Assembly: GCA_024679065.1 (NCBI GenBank)
Contig: JAGIQG010000026.1
Span: forward strand, 19,096,001-19,160,000
Direction: 5' to 3'
Length of the DNA stretch: 64,000 nucleotides
From: Sphyrna mokarran
Taxonomy: Eukaryota
The notes below the pieces were generated by a model, which searched no databases, was not told the DNA's origin, and saw nothing but the letters and a program-made list of their open reading frames with translations. Made by a program: the position numbers and the translations under genes. Below, piece by piece: positions 27,190 through 40,000 of this stretch. Every line of letters starts with the position of its first letter. Position 1 is the stretch's first letter.

Positions 27190-29580
27190 TTTCCTATTGT
27201 AAGGTAGCTTCGCATAATGTAACATTCTATTTAATTAACTTTCTCATTAATGACACGTCTAGCAATCTGTTTCCTCTTGCAATGGCCCAACTTTTGAACA
27301 TTTCTTCCCTAAGATTTATTTTATGCACATTCATGTCATTCTTCACTAAATTTCCCTGTTTGAGTCCCTCCAGCCACGATGGCATGCATCCTGAGCAAAT
27401 TCACAAATACCTTCCCTGATTGTGACCAATCATCTCTCCTAAACGTCTCATAGCATGAAACAGGCCCTTCGGCCCAGCTTGTCCATACCACCCAGTTTTT
27501 ACCACTAGGCTACTCCCAATTTGGCCCACATTCCTCTATACCCATGTAACTGTGTAAATGCTTTTTAAAAGACAAAAATTGCATCTGCCTCTGGCAACTT
27601 GTTCCAAACACTCACTACCCTCAATGAAAAAAAAATGCACCTCTGGATCCTTTTGTATCTCTCCCCTCTTACCTTAAATCTATGTCCTCTAGATTTAGAC
27701 TCCCCTACCTTTTGGGAAAAGATGTTGACTACCTACCTTATCCATGCCCCTCATTATTTCACTGCTACTTGTCCAAATGGAAGCCAATATCCCTTCAGCT
27801 ATGTCTTCATTGCTTTTCTAGCTCCAAGTAATTGCCCCTACGTCCAAAATGCATCATTAGTTCCCTTCTCTCCTTTTTGCAGACTAATCCTCACTTTCCA
27901 TGGGAAAGCTGAGACACAATCAAATGACTCACTTGGAGTATTGTGTACAGTTCTGGTCGCCACATTATAAGAAAGATGTGGAGGCATTGGAGAGGGTGCA
28001 GAGGAGGTTTACCAGCATGTTGCCTGGTATGGAGGGAAGGTCTTATGAGGAGAGACTGAGGGATTTGAGGTTGTTTTCATTAGAAAGAAGGCAGCTAAGA
28101 GGAGACCTTGTTGAGGCATATAAGATGATCAGAGGATTAGATAGGGTGGACAGTGATAGCCTTTTTCCTTGGATGGAAAAAGCTAGCATGAGGGGACATA
28201 ACTTTAAATTAAGGGATGGTAGTTATAGGACGGATGTAAGAGGTAGGTTCTTTACCCAGAGGGTGGTAAGGGTATGGAATGCCCTGTCTGCTGCAGTTGT
28301 AGATGTGCCAAGTTTGGGGGCGTTTAAGTGGTCAGTGGATAGGTTTATGGATGAAAAGGGATTGGTTTAGGTTAGAGGGTCATTGCTTTTTCTCAATTGG
28401 TCGGTGCAACATCAAGGGCCGAAGGGCCTGTTCTGCGCTATACTGTTCTATGTTCTATGACTCCAGCTTCTGACTTGTTGTGGTACTGTTGGGTTGTCAT
28501 CTGACATGAACTATATTTTTCTTAATTCACATTTAGAATTAAATCCATCATTTTCACTACTTTTCTTTTTGTTACTGATTGCATCTTGTCCCTGGCCACT
28601 TGCTTGGTGAAAGGTTTGACCCAAACTTGAGTTTGAACTCTGCAATCCATCCTTCAACAAGACTGTTCAATTCTGCCTCTGCCTGTACTTTGCCCACAGC
28701 TTCCCATTGACAATTTTCCTTAATGTCAAAGGCCAGCTCCCTGTATCCTGCTCTTCACTCCTCCCATTCTCACTGATTTTTACATTGGTTCCTTTTTCTC
28801 CAGTGCAATGAGTTTACAATCCTCATCCTACTCTGACCTTCCTGAGCCCTAGCTCTGCAACCTTGTACCACAAATTCCATATTTTGACCATAAACTTGTG
28901 TGCATCATTCACAAGCCTCCAGTCCGGCGTGTGATTGAATATTCTCCACTTGCCTCAATGAGGACAGGCCCCAAGAAGCTCAACATCATACAGAACAAAA
29001 CAGCCCACTTGATCTATAACCCTTCCACAAGCATACGCTCCTTCCACTACTGAGTCACAGTGACAGCAGTGTATCCCATCTACAGTATGCAGTGCAGGAA
29101 CTCACCAAGGCTCCTATGTGGTACCCTCTAAACTCAGAAGGACAAGGACAGTAGATACCAAAAAAAAGGGTTTGGACAGTTGCATGGGTATAGATGGATG
29201 TGGGCCAAATTGGGAGTAACTTAGTGGTAAAAACTGGGTGGCATGGACAAGTTGGGCCTTTTTCATGTTGTAAACCTCAGTTATGGACAGATATAGCATG
29301 TCAACTTCAAACACAGCAAAAACTTTTAGGAGGGATGATTTGTCACAATCAGGGAAAGTGTTTGTGAATTTGCTCAGGATGCATATTATCGTGGCTGAAG
29401 GATTTCAAATAGGGAGATTTGATGGAGAATGGCATGAAGGTGCATAAAAAATCTTAGGGAAGAATAATGTTCAAGAGTTGGGTCATTGTCAGAGGAAACA
29501 GACTGCTAGGAATGTCATTAATTGGAAAATTTAATTAAATAGAACGCTACAGTATACAAAGCTACCTTACAGTAAAAAGA
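27190..29580. repeat. Imperfect long inverted repeat: arms ~27190-27565 and ~29161-29580
   Basis: e.g. GCATCCTGAGCAAATTCACAAA (~27387) vs TTTGTGAATTTGCTCAGGATGC (~29361); TGTAAGGTAGCTT vs AAGCTACCTTACA. Confidence 0.9.
27920..28460 (+). mobile_element. CR1-clade LINE 3' fragment
   Basis: HLEYCVQFWSPHY...FFTQRVVRVWN; tail GGCCGAAGGGCCTGTTCTG + (TTCTATG)2. Confidence 0.95.
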
Positions 29581-30782
29581 GTGAGGATATTTTAATTATT
29601 AATACCACCATCCAGAAGTTCCCATCCAAACCATTTGCCATCCTGATTTGGAAATATATTGGCATTCCTGCATTGTCGCTATCACTGGGTCAAAATTCTG
29701 GAATTTCCATAAAATTAATTTAAAAAATTAAATCATCCCTGGCCTTCCTCCTTTTTTTTTTACTTGGTATTCATTACAGTTATAAATAGTTGTCATATTA
29801 CTGGATTAATTTAACTATGAAATGCAAGTTTAGCTCTTAATAGTAAATGAACGTAGTCTTTCTGTTACCAGAAGCTGCAGAATTGTACTCATGTCCTCCT
29901 TTGGGGAAGAAAACTGCACATCCACAAAGGATTGTCAACTCTGATTGAAAGCATTCTGGAGTTTTCTACCTGAGATGGAGACTTGTAAACAAAGACAGCA
30001 TTTGGAGGCCATCCCTCAATGGTAGTTAGTCAGCTGTTCAATGGCCTCTCAACAGTTCTCTAGAGGATACCATGCGAGAGAAGTGCTCAAGGGAAAATGA
30101 TTAGTTTGAGCAAGTTAATTTAAATGTTTCAACTAGTTTAAAATCTTTGCAATTGCTTGCATTAATGTACTTCTGTGTACAATGAACTTCATGTTATCAA
30201 ATATTGATATCTGATTAATGAGCTAACTTAAGCAATTGAGATGTTTTCAGGAAGGCAAACAACAATGGCACATTTGAAGGTATCTTAATTTTGCAATTTT
30301 TTCAAATATTATTTTCTATCTTGCAAGGCTTTTTTTGATGCAAAACAAATTTCCATAGCACCAGGGATATATTAGAATTGGTGAAGAAATACCTTCAGGT
30401 TCTACAATGCCATATCCAAACAATATCATACTTCTATAATATGATGTATCCAAACAATTCCTCCTTTAATTAGAGATGGACAATAAGTAAATCTTCTAGA
30501 TCCCATTTATGGAAGGTATTAGAGTCTTAGATCTGAACCCCAAGATACATTATGAAGGCAGACTAGACCCTAACAATTTCTCTATTTGGCATAAATAAAA
30601 AAGGCTTCCTCACTCCAGGAGTAATTTCACTGACAAATTAGAGATCCTTTATTAAAACAAACTGATCTTGAAATATGAAAGGAAATCTCTAATCTCTAAT
30701 TTATCACTTACAGTTCCAAATGAGCAATATTCTTCTTAGACACACAACTCCCTTTAAATATAGTTAACAATCACAAATATAA

Positions 30783-32150
30783 GTGGAGTGATCAGCAAGA
30801 TGGCAGGCGATACAAAGATGGCTGGACTTGTGGATAGTGAGGAGCACTGTCAGGCGATGCAGCAGGACATAGGCTGGTAGCTTGGGCAGATAGATGGCAG
30901 ATGGAATTCAATCCTAAAATGTGAGGTGATGCATTTCAGGAGAAAGAATGTAGGGGGGAGGTATATGATAAAGGGTAGAGCTATTAAGAGTATAGAAACG
31001 CAGAGGGATCTAGGGGTGCAGGTGAACAAGTCTCTGAAGGTGGCAGAGCAAGTGGAGAAGGTTGTGAAGAAAGCATATGGTATGATAGCCTTTATAGGAA
31101 GAGGTACAGAGTACAAGAGCTGGCCTTTAATGTTGCAGTTGTATAAAACATTGGTTAGACCTCATTTGGAATACTGCGTCCAGTTCTGGTCGCCTTACTA
31201 CCGGAAGGACGTGGAGACTCTGGAGAGAGTGCAGAGGAGGTTTACAAGGATGCTGCCTGGTATGGAAAGTCTGAGTTACAAGGAGAGGTTAGGCAAATTG
31301 GGGCTGTTTTCCTTAGAAAGACGTAGACTTTGAGGAGATCTAATAGAGATGTACAAGATTATAAGGGGTATAGATAGAGTAAACAGGGTTAAGCTTTTTC
31401 CTAGGATGGACTCAAATAGCACAAAGGGTCATGGGTTTAGGGTGAGGAGGGGTAAGGTATAATTTGGATGCTAGAGGGAGTTTTTTCACAGAGGGTGGTG
31501 GGGGTATGGAATGCGCTGCCAAGTAAAGTGGTGGAGGCAGGCATTCTGGAGTTATTTAAGAAATACTTAGATGGGCACATGAACAGAATGGAATGGAGGG
31601 GTATAGAAAACTGATTTAAAATAGGGATCATGAGCCTTGGGAGTCTCTGGGAAGTGTGTAAATAGATGATGATATTGATGTACTTGTTTTTATCCTACAG
31701 GTGCTTTGGTCCATCTTGTTGTCTAACAAGGGGCATACATGCGATGGGTCGTGAGAGGGCTGCTCTTGGGTTTTTTTTCGAGAGTATCCTAGTGCTTCAC
31801 GTCGTTAGTGTACGCTTGACCTGGACCATTTGATGGGCAACACGACAGCTCAGTGACTATCGCTGTGCTGTGCAGATACATGGATTTGGGCCTGTGTCTG
31901 TGGGAGTTTGCGCATTCTCCCCGTGCTTGCGTGGGTTTTCTCCGGGTGCTCCGGTTTCCTCCCACATCCCAAAGTTGTGCTCTTAGGCTAATTGGCAAAA
32001 CAAATTCTCCCTAAATTGTCTCAAATTTGGTTTTTAATCCATAGATCTATAAACATAGACAGGGATCATGGGTAGAGGTGGGAACATTGGGGTGGCAGCG
32101 CGGGCTCGTTGGGCCGAAGGGCCTGTTTCCCACACTGTTTTGTTCTTTGT
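30783..32150 (+). mobile_element. CR1-clade LINE, 5'-truncated, sister subfamily of 22525-24064, extended 3' UTR
   Basis: SIETQRDLGVQV..SLKV..QVEKV.KKAY, RPHLEYC and FSLERRRL motifs with stops/frameshifts; same 3' UTR modules and tail. Confidence 0.94.
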
Positions 32151-34039
32151 TTTTTACTTGCTATATGAGTGTAGACAGACTTGGAGTTTTCAGGAATATA
32201 GAGTAAGAAGTCTCAACACCAGATTTATTTGGTATCACGAGTTTTTGAATTGTTTCCCTTCATCAGGTGAGTGGAGAGTTGGGTTCACAAACAAGGCAAA
32301 TGTAGACAAAGACTCAACTTTAAGATAATGGTTGGAATGCAAGTCTTAACAGGTAATCAATCTTTACAGGTACAGACAATGCACGTGGAGAGAGGGATAA
32401 TCATAGGTTAAATCACCTCTTTAACCTGTGATTAAAAAAATATACTTGCACACTTACATCATAAGGAGGGGGGCTGGTTATGGAGAAGGGAAATGATTCA
32501 AGTGAGATACTAGCAAATGTTTGTTCTCATGGCATGGAACTTCTTACTTTTCCACACTGCAGAGTGAGAAATACTGCATTTGGGACGAAAAGGAAACCAT
32601 AAGTGTTTTTGAGGAAATGGTTTTTTACTTTCACTTCCTTTTCTCTCTCAAGTACTGAGCATAATTCACTGGAACCAGCTATGTTTTGAAAAAAAGAATG
32701 CAAGTCTGCCTTTATCAATTTTTTTTTAAACTTGGGGATTATGCACTTATTGTGTTCCTTGGTGACTGTGGGTGGGAAGGAGAGAGCGTAGGAAAGGAGG
32801 AGAATGCAGAATTGAGTGTTACAGTCAAAGCCAAGGTGTAGAGAAAGATCAACTTAATGCGAGGTAGATCCATTCAAAAGTCTGATGACTGCAAGGAAGA
32901 AAGTTGTTTTTGAATCAGTTGGTACGTGACCCCGGAATCTTTTTCCCAATGGAAGAGAGAATGTGTGGAGTCCTTGATGATGCTCCCTGCTTTTCTGAAG
33001 CAGTGGGAATTGTGGGCACTTGGACTCCTTTAGTGCTACTTCTGGTGGTGCAGTTGGCAGGAATAGTCTCCAATATGTTAACTCTGGTGTGACAATGGGC
33101 GTGGGTGGATTTCAATCCTTCCATTATTGCTTTTATATAAAAGCCAATCCCTTAATTGTGGCTAAAAATTTAGTCTTTGACTCAACGCTTTATATTTGTA
33201 AATATGGCCTGGAATTCTCCCAGCTATTTACACCAGTGGGATCAGTGATGCATCCCTGCCATGAGTTTCCTGGCTACATAGGGTGGCTTCAGTAGGAAAT
33301 CAGTAACTTCATTGCAGTGTTACTTGTGACAAATACAAGATCCTGTCACCTGCAATTGGCATACCACCTCAAACCACTGAAAAATAACTAAAGGGAGGCC
33401 AGAGAATATTGCTAGGTTATAGCCATCTAAAGTATTGCTGCAATAAACTGACAGACGTAATGCTGAAGACTTTTAGTACTTCTTTGGGGCAGCTGTTCAA
33501 GGCCACAAGGAACTCATAAAGTTCTGAGCACTGCACCAAGTTCCGAGAACATTGGTTTAGTGTGCAGACACTTTTTACAGTGGCATACAGTTTGCAAAAG
33601 ATTATGAAATAACCTGCTGGCTAAAACACACAAATATTTTAACTTTATGAAATGGGAGGAAAGATATTTAAGTTGCGAATAGAAATACTAGCAGCAAATA
33701 TTGTGTAAAATGGGGCCACTGTAGCATTTAGAAAGTAGAAACTTCAGTCAGTGATCACTGTAAAAGGCTTTGTTTTGATCCTGTGGTTGAGTGGGTTATG
33801 TCATTTGAAATTTCAACCAAAGAAATGTTCCTACTTCCTTGGTGCAAGTCCCAGATTTTTCCGTGGATAAACATACCATCTGGCAGAACATTAGCCTCCT
33901 GGCAAGGTTTTGTATCTGATTTTTGTTTTTTAAATTTGATCTGACAGGGCTATAATGCGGCATAATATAGGGGAAGAAAAATCAACCAGAGTTTCTGCTC
34001 TTAGTCAATTAATGTTACGTCTATGCAGACAAAAGTCTG

Positions 34040-34390
34040 TCATTGATGTTTACAGCATGGAAACAACAGACTTTTTGGTCCAAACTTGTCCATGCTGGCT
34101 TTTTTTAACCACTAAGCTAATTCTAGTCGCCCATATTTGGCCCATATCTCTATGCTCATGACTGTCTAAATGCTTTTTAAAAGACCAAATTGTAACTGGC
34201 TCTACTACCTCTGGCAGGTCATTCCAGGGATTCACCATCCTCTCTGGAAAAAATGCTCCTCTGGATCCTTTTTTTGTATTTCTTCCCTGTCACCTTAAAC
34301 CTATGCTCTCTAGTTTTAGACTCCCCTACCTTTGGGAAAAGATGTTGACTATTTAGCTGATCTATGCCCCTCATTATGTTATAGACTGTT
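34040..34390 (-). mobile_element. CR1 3' end fragment
   Basis: VNPWNDLPEVVE...FKKHLD plus 3' tail; same family as 27450-27760(-). Confidence 0.85.
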
Positions 34391-37003
34391 ATGTGTCTCT
34401 ATCTTTTTCAGGGTGTCTCTCTCTCTCTCTTTCTCGTGTATGTGTGTGTGTATAGCTCCTGTAAGAATATCCAATCAAACAAAATATTCAAAATAGCCAA
34501 AACTTCAATCATTCCCACTAAGAATCAGTGTAATCTGAGAAAGGGGACAATTGGAATGGGGTGGGGGAACAGATGGAGTGACACCAGCATTTTCACCTTT
34601 TGACTGCCCTTGACCAGACTACCACAGAAGTTTCCTCCCAAACTTCACATTCCAAGCAAACTATTTCAAATGTAGGACAAATCAGGAACCAGTCGGAGTG
34701 GGGAGAAATTCCATTCACACAGGAAGATTGCATTGAACATGAGGGGTTCAGCCATTCTGAGAAAACAAGACTATACTTTCCCTTCCTTGAACCCTAAACT
34801 ATTGTCTTAATCAAAAAAAAATGATAGTGTGTCTGAGGCAGTTAGAGTGGTATCTCATCAGACTCTCTCAAGCTTGATATTTGCTTCCAGTGTGTATAGT
34901 AGATGGTCTATGTGTCTAGATAGCTTTAAGATATACATTCCCTCTCCATAATAGTTTACTTATTCTTACTGGAAATACAGTGTAATGGGATGGCCATTTA
35001 ATAATCGGGATGTTTGTTCTACAATTACAAGGCTTAGAAATACAACAGACTGGTGACACAATGCATTCGAGAGTATATATAATGACAGGCCAAATCCTTT
35101 GATCTCATATCTTCTGATGGACACATTTGTGGCACCAATCGCAATGCAATTCGAGCGATTTGTATAGAACCTGGCTTGTGGTGAAGGTTGCATCATTTAA
35201 CTGTACCAGCATAACAAATAAATCCAAAGTTAACGAATTAGAACACCTTGGTTCAGCACTTTTTTTCCTGCACATTGTGGCAGGCTATCTTCAAATGCTT
35301 AAACCCTGCTGCTTTTTTTTGGAAAGTATCCCTGAAAGTATTTAGGGATTTTAAAGGCAGTCTCTGATCCTGCAGCTCAGTGTCATGACTGGACCCAAAA
35401 TTATAACAAAACATTGAGTGACAAGGATCAGGGAGAATGGAGTCTGAGGCGCAGTAAAATGCAAGCAAACTTTGAGCTGAAGTCTATAGAGGATGTGACG
35501 CTGCACAACATTGAAATTGTCTGGAGATGTAAAAGGCACTTTCAGCAATAGATTTGCCGAGGGTGGTGTTATCGTAGACAAACGAAAGGAGCATTTGGGG
35601 TCAGCTTATCCATAATTAAATAAGATTGTGAGCAGTTTTATTCAGCCCAAGGTAATGAGATGTTTACCTAAAAAAAAGATAAAGTTAAGGTGGTAACAGG
35701 AAAACCAGAATGTACCCAAGAGAACAGGAACAAGAAGTGGTATAACTGAGTAACAGGAAGGAACGGTTCACAGGAGAAAAGGCCCAGAGCAGTGGCTAAA
35801 TCGCATGGGTGACTGGACTAGGGGAGTGGTGGGGATTTTGGTTACCGAAGCCTGGTGGAGACTAGAGGCACTTGCTGTTCACCGACAGGAGCTTATTCCT
35901 GTATCAAATAGAGCGGAAAGTCTTCACATTCAGTACCTTCCAATGTTGCAGTAAGATGTTACATGTTTAATTAACCAAATTGTCAGCTCACAGGTGCAAA
36001 GGACAAACAGCTTTTCCAAAGATTTTATTTGAAAATTTCAACAAGTGTCCTTTTCATTTGGCTCCTGCGGATTCACTGGGTAAAGGCATCCTCAGTAATT
36101 TTCTCTCTCTGTCTCAGTCTTTGTACACTCTCTCCACTCTGTTTATCACTCCCTCTCTTGGATGATGCACAGCAAGTGTCTATCCAGTTGGTATGTTCCT
36201 CAGTTAGTCTGTTAATGGGTTTAGGAGAATTGAGCTGCCTTCCACTGGCTCACAGAGTTGGTAGGCGGTCAAGTAATAAGCTGAAGTGCAGAGCTTTTCC
36301 CACCTTGTGGCTCCTCTTGTGCCCATCAGTATTGGTCCTTCCTTTTGCTTCTCCTGTCACTACATTATAAAGGAACAAATCAGACACATGTAATTTGGTC
36401 TAATAATCAGCCGTGAATCACCAATCAAACTGATTTTACACATTGCCATCATTTTGAAATCTGGCATGTTTCACTTTAGGGTCTTGTCTACATTCAGCTG
36501 CTTAATCTGGAACGGGTCATGGCTAGTCCATTGTACTTGGTGTGTTCTCTCGAGCGCACAGTGAGGATGACTAAGGGAACATCGTCATTTGGAATGAGAC
36601 CCACAGTCTTTGCCGGTGATGTGAGGCTAAAGCATTTCATTTGCAGAAATCAATCTCCAGTAAATGATCCTTACTCTGCCAAGGGAAAGAGGAAGTATAA
36701 CTGGGAGTGCTAAAGGCCAAAAAGAGAAACACAACTGGCACAGTCCGCATGAGGCACATGGAAGTGGTGTACCGTTGATTCAGGAATGGATTCCGCAAAG
36801 GGACCACTCCGAAGCCAGGCATTCCACAGTGGCTTCTTCCAGCACTGCATAAAGTAACAGGGTACCCACACAACAAAGCTATGGTTTGGAAAAAAAAAAC
36901 CTTGGTGTGCTGACACCTGCCATCCTGGTTTTCCTGGGTAGAGTAAGTGATCAGGATAGTCAATGAGATTAAACTGAGGCTTTACCTAATGCAGTTGTTT
37001 TCA

Positions 37004-37037
37004 ATGTCATCTGGGCCTCTTGGTTAAGACAAAGTGT
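37004..37037 (+). pseudogene. U2 snRNA 5' fragment (nt ~1-34)
   Basis: TCTGGGCCTCTTGGTTAAGACAAAGTGT vs U2 TCTCGGCCTTTTGGCTAAGATCAAGTGT: 23/28 identical, ungapped. Confidence 0.55.
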
Positions 37038-40000
37038 CTGATCAACCCTGGGATAGGGTGCAATGCTTCACCCTGTCAGCTTGAATCTTATTTGACCAAA
37101 CCCAAGACAGGATGTATATCCTTGTCGGCTCGGATCTGGTTTGTCTCTCCTGGGTACTCCTGGCTTTTTTGATTAGGAATAAAGTTCCACAAATAATCTG
37201 CTTTATCCAAACAACAGGCCAAGAGCTAAAACAGCTAAAAAGGTTAGATCATGAAGACAGATTGTATAGTCGATGCTTCAGTTACCTTGAGTACAGAAGA
37301 TTAAGGGTAGGTTGAATTGACGTATTTAAGGTGATTAAAGGATTTGATGGGGTAGAGAGACATGATCCCCTCTATTAAGGGAATCAAGAATATAATGTGA
37401 AGTTCGAGCTAGGCTCGAGTGAGGAATTCCTCACTTGTTGGGCAGAGGAGATCTGAGACTTCTCTTTCCAAGATCAGACTCTCTCTGCCAGCCCCGTTCT
37501 CCTCCCTCTCTCTGCCCGCCCCAGCATTTGTTGTCTGCAGAATCATTCTGGGATGAGGATAAATTTGTGCATCAGAATGATTAATTACTCTCTGTGCCTC
37601 TAGTTTAACAACTTTATTTGCAGATTAGTCTTGTGATTTATTTAAATCAAATGGGCAGATCTGTCTGTCTTCGCTGCAAATGACTAGACATAATTATTTT
37701 AACAGTGAAAGTAAACACTGTTTATTTTGTGTGAGAGTATTCTGCTGTCCAGATAAAACTGAGCTAAATGTTTAAACCTTTCTTAGCTTTTAAATGCTTC
37801 CAAATCCAGATGCCCCAGCAGGCTGATTAGCACTGCTACTTCACAGTGCCAGGCACATGGGTTCAATTCCCAGGTTGGGTCACTGTCTGTGTGGAGCCTG
37901 CACGTTCACTCTCTATCTGCGTGAGTTTCCTCCAGGTACTCCGGTTTCCTCCAACAGTCCGAAAGACGTTCTGCTTAGGTGTGCTAAATTCTCCCTCCGT
38001 TTACCCAAACAGGCACCAGAATGAGGCGACAAGGAGATTTTCACAGTAACTTCGTTGCAGTGTAAATGTGATCCTGCTTGTGATGCTCAAAACTTAATTC
38101 AAAGTTTAAAAACCAAAAGACTTGCCTTTGTGTAGTGCCTTTCATTTCCCCTTTATTATGAACTGACAGAGCAGCTAATACACAAACTCCCTTTCAGATG
38201 CGAAAGTACAAATATTATTTCACTTCAGTAAATTGATAACTTATTCTGTTTTTAGCATTTAGGTATTTGTTTTAAATTTTGTGAAAAATTGTAAATATTT
38301 GTCCAGACTTTTCTGAATATGGGATAACAGGACTTGCACTGTAAAGAATATAATGTTTGAGATGTGTCTTCTCTTTTTTTCAATAATGATTTTTAACTCC
38401 TGGTTTATTTCTTCCAGTAGAGTTGTCTCTGAAATAGTTTGCATGTTCTCTGCTTAGGTAGCATTATGAGGCTTGTTGTGCAGCACAGTGCAGTTTTCCC
38501 ACATACAGTTCAGGAAGGTGTTGCTTTGTGCTATTTCATATGGGAATGCTGTCTGGCCAGTTTTCAGGTGTGAACAAGTGTGTACTCGCTTTGATGTGTT
38601 CTAACCCTAATCTGATTGGACTAACGCAACAGGTTGCTGATGCGTGACTTGTGACAGGCGGATCTTGTCAAAGATCTTCTCTGGCACTTAAAGACAACAC
38701 CACAGTTCACTCTCTGTCTACTCTCATCAAAGGATGTCTGCAGTGATGTTAAAAGACAACTTCCCATCAGCAGGCAGGTATATGAAGTTAATTGGGAAGA
38801 AAGTCCACTTACCAGAGCTCCTAAGGTAATATTCAGCAGTTTATAAAGATTTAGAGATATGCGGTGCTTCACAAAATGCTGTTGAGTTCTAGTGTTATTA
38901 TTTGTGTATTACAGATGTAGTTAATAGAATTGTAACACTTTCCCATTTTTAATGTAAGCAAGACCATTTACCCCATCTTTTCAATGTTAGTCAGATGATT
39001 ACAGTGCAATAACAACTTGTTAGTTTGGTTATACTTGGTTTAAAAATAATCAGCAATATTATCTGCTCACATTTCTGTGATGGTTAAGCAATTTTAACCT
39101 GTAGACTGGGAAAGGCGCAGCTACTGCTGTTAGTCAGGGGAACAAGAGGAGTGTTATAGCTGACCAGTGTCCCAGGTTAACAAGGGAATGAGGAAGAGAA
39201 AGGTCAGATCAGGTAAGTATGTGTATAAGTAAGCTTGCATGTTGCTCTTGTAGTTTATAACTACACAGGAATATCTAGATAGTTCTAACCTCGATACTCT
39301 CTCCTTTTATTGAATTTTATGTTACTTTCTTCTGTGTCCCTTTTGAGGGGTGCAGTTCTGTTCTGCCCAGTTGCCAACATTAATCCTTCAATCAGAATTT
39401 GAACACAAGCTTTCCGGTCCTTGTTGCTTCACCATTTGTGGAAGCTTGCTGTGCACCAATTGTGTGTTCCTGTAAAACATGTGGGGTAATCTGATCATAA
39501 AAGTGTTTTTAATTTCCCGTGCTGCACTGTCTGTGTTGTATAGGAACTGATTGTTTACAATCTTTACAGACTCCATTTCATTTAACAAAAAACCTTGTCA
39601 GAATAACTTTAGGAATATTGTGCTATTTGGCAAAAATGTCTATAGTTGAGCTCAGTAATGTTGGCGTGAAGTAACAAGCAAGCATTTCTAAAATGAAGAG
39701 TGAGTGAGCACAAGATATCAGCAGCAACTAAGAATTTACAAACTAAATTCTGCGAATAGAATTGCCTGTTTAGAATTGTCTGTCAAATCTCACTTGTGAA
39801 GAATGATTTTGATTTATTATTGTCGCATGTATTAGTATACAATGAACAGTATTGTTTCTTGCGTGCTACACGGGAAAAGCAATATCATTCATAGAAAAGG
39901 GGAGGGTGCAAAATGTAGTGTTATAGCTAGGGTGTAGGGAAAGATCCACTCGAGGTAGGTAGCATTGCTAGAGAGTTTAAAAAGTTTTAAGAGCAGAGAA

